64,000 nucleotides of DNA. Source: Camelus ferus (Eukaryota). The DNA is taken from assembly GCF_009834535.1 (NCBI RefSeq), contig NC_045696.1, positions 27,592,001 through 27,656,000 of the forward strand, given 5' to 3'. Position 1 is the stretch's first letter. Every line of letters starts with the position of its first letter. This document shows positions 54,321 to 64,000 of this stretch, one piece after another. The position numbers were made by a program, and so were the translations under genes. The notes under the pieces are model-generated. The model had not been told where the DNA came from. It searched no databases and worked only from the letters and a program-made list of their open reading frames with translations.

Positions 54321-55866
54321 CACTTCCCTTTAAATGTATACCATGTGCCTGATTCTGCTTTATGCAGACATATAGTCTTATGTTGAGTAAGTAATCTAAA
54401 AAAGATTTCTAGTTCATTTTTTCTAATTTCTAAAGAAAAAAAAAGAATACAGAAATTATAAATTGAAAACCACAAAATAAAAGAATAGAGATGACAAGTA
54501 AGAAATTGATATGCAGGACTGATAGCCATTGTGTATATAGTTTGAAGAACACATATGAATACGCATTTCAATTGTGCACCTCTTCATAATTTATCTAAAT
54601 ATGTGATCAAATAGAATAACTCAGCATGGAACCCTAGTATTCTTACAAAAGAATTACAACTTTCATTTCAGGCTTATGGAGAAATGCATAGGATTGAATA
54701 TTTTCCTTCTAAAGTTTCCACAGACTCCCTAACTTTGGAGTATGATGTATAGCTGAAATTTAACACACTTGAAATGAATTTAGAGACATCTGTATATTTT
54801 TTAGATACATGTGCTTTATATATGTTAGGCAATTGGGAGAATTTATTCAAAATACTCTATCTTTTCTGCCTTGATTCATTATCATCTTACTTTGGGGTAG
54901 CTTATTTCACTCCTTGGGATAAGAAACAGATAAACTAGACAAGAAGGAATTTTCTTACAAATGTGAATCTGGTGCTTTATATTTTTAGGAGTGCGCACAG
55001 TCTGAAACCAAAACCATATTGAATCTTATCTGCACCATAGGTCAAGTATTACTTATAGAAATCAATGAATAAAACCTGTGTTAACTGTTACAAAACTATT
55101 AATGAAATGTCTTATAAGGCGATACAGAGGGAAAAATGTTCTCACTTTCCTGTCACCTAATTTCAAGATGCCTTATGGATATCAGTTTACACTTGAACTC
55201 TTAAAGATATTTCTAAAATATTTAAATCTATGACATATTTATTAAATAGAAATTGTTAAAAAAAAGAAATTGTTAACAGTATATTAAAATGGTAATTCTT
55301 ACTAAGAACAATATAAAGTTTCTTTTTCTCCTGATGACTGACTACCTAGTTCCAATAAAAGTGTATTTTCAATTTTAGTCCATCATCAAAAGGAAACCTG
55401 ATGGTATTTAAATCAAATATTCATATAGACATTTATTAATATTCTACACATTTTTAGTAACATACTAGGTGTTGTATGTAAGTAGAACAGAGGCTATATG
55501 AAATATTGTCTTTGGTTTCAAAGATCTTACATTTATTTTGGAGAAGTAAAAATTCATATTCAGAAGAGATGGAATTAATTGCTTTGCTATGTAGTATAGG
55601 CTCATCAGTGGGTTGGAATCCATGACTCCTTTTCAAAAGCATAACCCAGTAGATCTCTGAGCTGGTTGTTACCACCATGTTCCTCTGTTGCCACTGCCAT
55701 TCTCAGGTTTGGTTTGAACTCTCCATGTAAAAGGAGAGATTGCCTTTGAAGGCACTGCACCATCCCCCACTCCTGTCTACAACTTCTTATCAGCAACCAC
55801 AGTCTAGGCAATTTTAAGGCTTTGGGGAAGGTGAACATGGACTTCCCTTAAAAGAAAATTGGACAA

Positions 55867-56072
55867 GGAGTTTGGGATTAACAGATACATACTACTAGAC
55901 ATAAAAAAAGATAGACAACAAGGACCTACAGCCTGGCCCAGGGAACAATATTCAATTTCTTGTAATAAACTATAATGGAAAAGAATCTGAAAATATATGT
56001 ATATATGTATGACTGAATCGCTTTGCTGTACACCTGAAACTAACATTGTAAGTTAACTACGCTTCAATAAAA
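55867..56072 (+). mobile_element. Short 5'-truncated L1 3'UTR insertion with perfect 17-bp TSD
   Basis: TSD aaaagaaaattggacaa at 55850-55866 and 56073-56089, preceded by TT (TT/AAAA endonuclease site); body closely resembles 49700-49915. Confidence 0.96.
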
Positions 56073-58129
56073 AAAAGAAAATTGGACAATCTTATTACAA
56101 ATATGTTTGAGTCTAGACAATCTGGAAAGCAGCAAGAGTAAGAAGGGGAAAGAAACACCTTCTGCAGGAAGAAAGATGAGGTTTGAGTCTGACATTGTAG
56201 AATGTAAAGGACTTAGGCAGAATAATTGCAAATGTGGCAGAAGGCATGAGATTCAGATTATTTTGTCCCTTATTTCTTTTCAAACTACAACTTAGATATA
56301 GAAATATTCCACCGTAGTTCCAAAAATGAAGGTCAATTTCCCAATATTAGCCTTTTGGAATTGATCTTAATTAATAATCTTACTCTAAAGAGCTGAAATA
56401 TGGATGTAACAGAATTTAATAAGAAAATAGACACAATCAATAATAAAAACACGACATAATGTAGAAATCTGCAGAATCTACATAAAAGAATATAAACATA
56501 TATACAAAGTTTTTCATGAAGGTTTAAAAAAGTGAAGCAGATTTGCAAGTAGGTCATTTCTAAATTATTTAATTTTAGAGAGAAGCATTTCATTTATAAA
56601 GTTATAGGCATTATCTGAGTAGAAAATCTGGATTGTTCATGGATTTGAAGTTTCAAAAACAATTGCTGATTTGGAAAATGGGACTAGGGCTGGATTTTTC
56701 ATTGAGAGGTGAAAGTAGGCTTTGTTTCAAGGAATACAATTCATCTGTTCATTAAAAATGAAACAAAACAAGAAAGTGCTGAGCAAAGACCTTTGACATA
56801 TCGTGTGGCATGTGGTGCTTTTTTATGGAAAGCGAACTCATTTTCACTTGTGATTTTAGTATTGTACAATTAAATCAACTGTTTGTCAAGTCTGTTTAAA
56901 ACTATTTCTTAGAGATAAAAGACCAGTGTGTTGACCCACTAAGCTTTGTATTACTTAAATACAAATCAAGATGCCAATGAATGAAAGCATTGCCTAAAGC
57001 CTGAGAGAAAAAGCACTATTAAACAAGAGTGTACCTTTAAATCTATTCCTAATTCATTCTTAGACATTTTTTTCCTCAGACCCTTCTAAATCTTTATATT
57101 CTATTATATATGTCACTATATAACCATGAGTTTTAAAAAAGATCACTACTTGTATTCAGTTTTTCTTGATCCTTATCAGTCTGTGGAATAAAGGATAGTT
57201 CTAACCTATGTGAGACTGTTACAATAATTTTTTTGGCTGTTTTCATATAGAAGTTCCTAATAAAGCATGATAAATTAATTTGCACACTATCCAGAGTACA
57301 GCCCGTTTGTCTTACCCTCAGTATACTTAGAAGAGTTACTGAAGAGAAGTAAAGACAATAAAGTTAGAAAAAAAAAATGGTTTGATGACTGAGAACTAAA
57401 AAAGAATGTCTGTTCATTCTCATATTCTTTTGTGACAACACAGATGAGATTTATAGGCTGAGGAATGACCCATATGTCGGCTCACTTTCCAATCTTACAG
57501 GCTCCTACAATGGTGGACATGTCAATACGTAAATTCCTTACTTTTTGTTGTCCTTTGGTTGAATTGGAGTTCCTAATGTGGCTTTATTAGAGGCAGTAAT
57601 CCTTGTATAGCATTTTAATAGATAGACAATAGTATCAAATTCTAAGAAATTTTAGGAGCAATAACTTCCAAAACTGAATTCTCATTGCCATTGTCTTGCC
57701 GTGACCACGCTGATGACATGATATATTAGGCATGCTGAAAAAGAACCATGATATTGACATATGGGAGGAATATTCTCAGGGGCTGTCTGTCCAAGTGTAG
57801 ATTATTTACCCTTAAAGCAAAACACACATGGTCCTGGCCTGTGCCTGTTAAGCATTTACTGAATTTAGATGACAAAGGTTACACCCAGTGGGAATAAATT
57901 TCTAAACTATGTAGCATGACTATATATAAGAAACAGATGACACATTTTATGTGGCCTTAGAGCAGATTACACAGTGTTCCATATAGTTGTTAATACATAG
58001 TAAACTAGAAATGTAGTACATTTGAAAGAATAACTTTCTTTTTAGAAGAACATAGAGGAGTTTTTTGGCTTACTTTCGAATTAACTAATCATTTTCACAT
58101 TTATTTCTCTATATTTTCATACTTTTTTT

Positions 58130-58319
58130 TCATATTGTCACTGTCCGAAATGGCAATCACAGATGGACAAAGATACAGTAGGAGGTTGTCTCACAATTTT
58201 CTGCCTCCATAAAAATTCCCTAAAAATCACTGAGAAATTTCTCATGGGCAATCAATGTATTACATTTTCCCTACATAGATGATTATGCATCACAGGAAAA
58301 TCATGAAGAAATTTCCCTA
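58130..58319. mobile_element. Probable MER121 ancient conserved repeat
   Basis: tgtcactgtccgaaatggcaatc...tggacaaagatacagtaggaggttg...ttttctgcctcca...aattccctaaaaatcactga...catgggcaatcaatgta...gattatgcatcacaggaaaatcatgaagaaatttcccta matches my recollection of the MER121 consensus. Confidence 0.6.
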
Positions 58320-58549
58320 TAATATGTAGCTAATTTTCCTGTTTATATGACAGAAAGAAAACACACTTAACAATTCTTGCTTTTCACTTCCAAGCACTAA
58401 CTTTCCTCTTAACTGTACTTTGAAAAAGATTACTTGACATTTTCATTAAAAATATTCTTGAGCTACAAATATTAGGAAACATACTTCTTCTCCTTTTAAA
58501 TTTGTTCTTTTCAAGATATACTTGCATTTTAAAAAATTTTTGCTTCAGA

Positions 58550-58850
58550 GTCAATTTAATAAACGAAGCACTCAGTACCAAACACTGTGCTCTTTGTGTT
58601 GGGCGCACAAAGTATGAATAAGACCAAGAGGCGCAGCAATCTAGGGAGTGGGAATTAGACAGATAGGTAAATTAACAATTACATGAGCTGTATTAGAAAC
58701 AAGAAGTACTTAAGCGCCCTGTACAAGGCAACACAAGATCTTTCAGAGCAAGTCAGGTAAAGTCTCAGATGAGGTAACATTGGAATAGACTTAAAGGGAA
58801 AGGCCATTTTCAACAGGAAACCAGGAGGAGAAAAGGCACAGATGTTTGAA
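58550..58850 (-). mobile_element. L2 3' fragment (antisense)
   Basis: aagcactcagtaccaaacactgtgct...gtcaggtaaagtctcagatgaggtaacattgg. Confidence 0.5.
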
Positions 58851-59113
58851 AATGTATAATTGAGTTTCTACCTTGATTTCCAGCATGAAAAAAATTCACA
58901 ATTTTGGATTTGTATACAGCACAACATTATGATCACTTTTGAAGAAGATGAATATATTTCATCATTTAAAAACATAATTTTTATCATCAAAGATTATGAG
59001 CATTTCGTATGGTGAAATATGATTTGATGGAGATAATATTAGGGCAGGAGTTGGCAGACTGAATAAATATATTCATATATATATATATGTCATTCATGGT
59101 CCTGAATACTACC

Positions 59114-59957
59114 TGTGATATTGTGATTTATAGGAAGCATACATATTTGGTTATTCAGATGGTCAAAATATACTTTTCATTTATAATTTATCTTTGTCCA
59201 CAGTTCCTAATTCACAGCTCCCAAAGTCCTTGGAATTTCCTAAGAATGGTGAATGATAAAGGTATCTTGCTATGTTAAGGAGGTGACTTTCGGAAACCAC
59301 CTAAGGATGGGTGCCGGTTGCCAGGAGAACCAACCATGTGATTAGAAGGTTGGAACTTTCAGTCTCAACCCCTGATTTCTGGTGAGGAGAGAAGGGTTTA
59401 AGATTAAATCGTCATTGACCAATGATTTAGTCAATTGTACCTATGTAATGAAGCCTCTATGAAAATGGCAAAGGACAGTTTTTGGCCCCTTCATGGAGGG
59501 TTTCCCCTTCAGGCAACCAGACGCTTGGCAGCAAGCTCCCCGAGGACAGAAGCCCCTTTGTTCAGGACCACGCCCTAGGTACCTCTTCATCTGGCTGTTG
59601 ATTCATATCCTTTAATATCTTTTCATAGTTCATCAGTAATCTAGTGAGTAAATGGGACTTCCTGAGTTCTGTGAGTCATTCTAGCACATTAGTCAAACCC
59701 CAGAAGGATGTCACTCAGATGCACAGGTAATAACCTGGGCTTGCGACTGGCATCTGAATTGCAGGCTGGTGGTGTGGGACTGAGCCTTTTACCTGTGGAA
59801 TCTGAGTCTATTTCTGGGCAAATAGTGTCAGAATTGAATTGAATTCTTAGACACTCTGCTGGCATCCTAAAATTGCTCGCTGGTTTGGAGAAGCCTACAC
59901 ACACAATCACACATACACACACCTACATGCTTGAATTGTGTCTGGGTACCCTTTGGA
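59114..59957 (+). mobile_element. MER21-like solo LTR
   Basis: tgtgatattgtgatttata...cacagctcccaaagtccttggaatttcct...ggttgccaggagaaccaaccatgtgattagaaggttggaactttcag...cctgagttctgtgag...gtgtcagaattgaattgaatt; possible TSD ctacc/ctacc. Confidence 0.85.
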
Positions 59958-62900
59958 CTACCCTAACTCCAAAAAGAGCTCTTGAAGATCTGGGCTTCAT
60001 GTTCTGGGAGGGAGAAATAGCTCAGCTGCATGTATTCTTTTCTCTCTCCCTGCAGAGGATGGGAATGAATTAGAGGGAGATAAGCAAATTTGATGGCAGG
60101 TGTACTAGACCCTAATATTTATTGAATATCTATTAACTGTCAGGCACTGTACTGATACTTTAAAATTACCATTTCAGTTAATGTTCACAAGATCTTTTTA
60201 AGATAGTTATTTTTCCCCTTCCTAGAGAAGTTAAGTAATTTTCCCAGTGTCAGCCATTGGCAGTGTAATAAATTTAAACAAAGCCTGTCTCACACAAATC
60301 TTATTTTTTTTCTTAAACCACATTCCTAATTTTTTTCCACACAGCTTTCATTAGGATGGAAAGAAGAGTGAATTTAAGGAGAATAATAGCTGGCCCAAGA
60401 ATGGAAGAATCAATAAGAAAAAATTTGCAAACAATGAATAAATCTCCTTCGGAGGAACCATAGTATGAATTCACATGATCCTGTCTAAATTAAGCCGAAC
60501 TTTTTGCTCAATAGCTGAAACAACCAATGTTAAGTGACAAACAATAAGTGTCCACTAAGTCTTCAAACATCTATTTGAAATCGTGTTATAGGGGTTGTGG
60601 GCTTTTGTAGTTATCTGATTCTTACATTCTGAGAAGGTCTGTAATAAAGATATTTCCTAGATTTAAGCAGAAGGGCAGTTTGAAGGCAAGACTTGGAGAT
60701 AAGACGATTGTTTGAACTCTTAATTAACAGATGGGTCCCTTTGAAAAGAAGCTCCAGGCACCACTGTTTTGTTCTCGAACAGAAAAAGATTTCTTCCAGG
60801 ATAATCTATAATTTACAGGGTTTTGAAAGCTGGTTGGATAAACTGAAGGCTATTAGCACCTATGGCAAGGAAGAGGGGGGTGGTCCTTTTCTGTAATCAG
60901 GCACCATGCCAATCTAGCAGATGGTCAGAGGTGCATGTAGTAGGTGCTTGTGTGTTATGCTGACTGAGTGGCTTCCAGGGGCAGTGGAAGAAACAGCCTC
61001 ACCGTGATTGGAAACCAGAACTCATTTTTAAAACGGAGACAGAGCTACTCTGGCACCTGAGAACTCTTCGGAGAATTGAGATCAATACAGCACATAAGAA
61101 AGAGGCCTAATGACATTTATGAGTTAAAAGACAAATTTGTTGGCTAAACAATGTTTGGGAACAAATGTAGCAGCAAATGGGTTCTGCCAAATCCCCAGTG
61201 CAGACAGTGCAAACTCTGTTAGCAATTCATGATTCAGTACCATGTCTTTATGTGAGTCACTGTAAATAAAATTTTACATTTGTAAAAACGATGCCATGTT
61301 ATGATAATCTGAGGCAGTTCCTGAACAAGAGCATGATTAGCTTTAACTGAATTAATAATGAGTCAGCCACCTGCCTAGAGGTTGCCTCTCTTCCCAGAGT
61401 CTCTGACTTCCTCAGTGTTTTTTTGCCCTGGAGCTTCATGTGATTCCACTTGCTTCTGCTTAAGGCTCTGATCCTCACAGTTATTCTTTAGGGTTTTACT
61501 CTTGGCAAAGCTCTACTAATCTGAGAACCACAAGACTCTGAAAGAAGAAATTATTTCAGCTTCAGTATGTGTGTATTTTAAAGTTGAATAACATAAAAAA
61601 TAGTAAACAGTCCCATAACATTGTCTAGGCTATACTGACACCAAAAACATTTAGGGAATTCAATTTGGCAGGATTTCTGGGTAACATTTATCTGCTTGAA
61701 TCTAACCATTTTAAAGGACTGCAGATACTCAGGTTCGGATTTAAGTTTTAAGGCATGATTGGATGAAATGTCAATAAATGCAAATGAGTTTTGTAAAACA
61801 AGTTTCATGTGAACCAATATATTGCTCAGCTCACAGAGTCTGCATTTAATTGAAGCTGATCTCATTACACTCTAGGGGATGTAGTCAGGGATTTGACCTA
61901 CTAACTTCAATACCATTATTGAATCTTTTCTCAGTACTCATGTTGATCCGTATTTGTGTGTGTGCATATGTATACATATTTTTTGTAACTGTCTATGAAA
62001 GTATATATATATAATAGAGACTATTTCAACATTTACTCCTCAGACACTAGTACTTTTCCTATGATATAGTGTACAAGGTCAATTTAAAAAATTAGACACC
62101 ATTGCAGATGCAATGGACAATTTTGTAACATAGGGAATTTTCTTCTCTTTTAATTATTTTTAAACCTAACTGATTTTCAGCTAAGAGAACGTGTTTTACC
62201 TGAAAGTCTGCAAATGTAAAGTTGTGACTCACAACAGTGTCATGCTTATGTGATGTAACCACAGCTCAAATCATCAGCAGGAATCTCTGAGAGTCCAAGA
62301 TTTTCAATCATAAGAGTGGAATCAAGCTGATTAAACATCATAAATTGCAGCCATAAAACACATGGACAAGGCAAACATGTTATTTAGCTCTAGTAGAAGT
62401 AATCACTAGATATTCCAAATATTCTGCTTGCCAATTTCTATGAATCACTTTTATTTGTACCTCTTTTAAGAATTGAAAAAACCCAAATTACTGAAAGTAT
62501 GGCAGTTAAAAATTTGTGGCAATGGTTGGTTAACAAAAATAAAATTTAAACAAGGAGTTGGCAGATCTTTAGCAAATATTTTTTGCTTCACTTTGATAAA
62601 ACTTGACTATCCTCGAGACTTATTCTGAAGAAATGTCACTAATGCAGACCTGTATGTCCAAAGAGACAAGAACATAAAAGTTTCTTGTGCTATTTTGCTC
62701 TTATAAATTATTAAAGTCTTTTCATTATTTATGATGGGTATTATTTTCAGGTTTTTTTTTTGAGGAGCTTTTTATGATTCCTCTAATTAAGAATGGTTAA
62801 CTATATCTGTGTATAAAATTAGCAGCTATAAATCCCTAGTGACCTGGTATAAATCTTAATTTGTTTGATGATAAAATGAGGAAATGTGAAAGTAAGTTAT

Positions 62901-63914
62901 CAAAGAAGTTGTCCTAACATGATTCCAAAACCAGAAGATAGAAAGTTAAAGACTCAGTCAAACAAATTATTTGGTATGTAGTGAAAACAATGCACATGTT
63001 TGAGTTAATTCAACTGAAAACAAACAAATCTAATTAAATCCAATTATATTCATGTATAGTTTGCATACACTAGTAGCAGCTTATTAGACTTAACAATGTT
63101 AAGCTTTCATGTTTAAATATACATCAAACAAAATTTGACATCAAAAAAGAAAAAGAAAGGAAGCCATAGCTAAAAAATGAATATGGACAAATTTCCACAA
63201 ACAGGAATGAACTACTAGCACATTTATAAATAGAACAAAGACCCTGGTCTTAGTTCACTTTTTGCGCTATTGTCTAAGGCGTGGTGACTCCTAGGAGATG
63301 GAGCTCCCATATACTTTGGAAATTCAGCACATCATCTCCAGCTGAAAGGCAGTAATTACTGTCACAAACAAAGACTGACCTTAGTTTAAACAAATGAAAG
63401 CTTTTTGTTGAGTAAGCAGTTTACAAGTACAAAATCCTATGAGTTTGCTAATATTCTGCAATCATATACAGTTCCCTTGACATACACCAAACAGTAAACA
63501 ACAACAACCAATAGTGAACTCAGAATAGGCATTCATTATTTCTCCTAATAGTATGAAATACCCAGAATTATTAGAAATAAATTCTACTACCTTTATCACA
63601 TCTGAAGCCAAAACTTATCATCCAAGAAAAAAGAATATGCACACACAAACATATACACGCAACATATGCAAATTCTCTAATTAAAAATGACATTTAGTAA
63701 ATGTGAGGATCAGGCTTTTTCTGACTTTGACTGTAATTGAAGCAAATTATTATTCATTTTAAGGCATTCTGCTTCAATTAAAGACAATGAAGGACCTGAA
63801 TAAATTACACTTCATTTTAACAAATACTGCATTCGGTCAGGGATTCACAATGATCGCAAGCCTAGGACCTTAATGTGAGAAGGAGGAAGGCTGTGGCCTG
63901 AACCCTCTAGCAGA

Positions 63915-64000
63915 GCTGTGGTTCTCTACTCTGCTAGCTCATTAGAATCACCTAGAGGAGATTTTAAAACAAAAATGCCAGTGTTTGTGCTCCGCCCCTG
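63915..64000 (+). mobile_element. MER5A-like DNA transposon, runs off the window end
   Basis: ctgtggttctct...cattagaatcacctagaggagattttaaaa...atgcc. Confidence 0.6.

Noticed and set aside
1..64000. CRISPR arrays, operons or other prokaryotic systems; NUMTs
   Set aside because: The sequence is mammalian nuclear DNA; I saw no repeat-spacer arrays, long ORFs or mitochondrial-like segments.

Overview
AT-rich, CpG-depleted mammalian genomic DNA, intronic or intergenic. A tRNA-Ala-derived SINE resembling Vic-1 and cetartiodactyl-type L1 3' ends suggest a camelid (alpaca/llama/camel). I cannot support any host protein-coding exon. The supplied ORFs are L1 ORF2 remnants, an ERV env-like remnant, or chance ORFs. 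Much of the window is interspersed repeat: L1 of several ages, L2, MIR, MaLR MLT1 LTRs (one with internal sequence), LTR16, MER21, MER20 and MER5. The most notable items are: (1) a 1.3-kb TG...CA retroviral element with a 4-bp TSD that contains an internally deleted env-like frame, a polypurine tract and an inner LTR; (2) a 37-nt 3'-truncated, tailless U1 snRNA retrocopy with a TSD, an L1 endonuclease site and microhomology; (3) a probable MER121 ancient conserved element; (4) a perfect DR4 next to a palindromic CRE; (5) two divergent CTCF motifs. I see no evidence of a wholly new biological system. Repeat family names come from recalled consensus sequences, and boundaries of old repeats are approximate.
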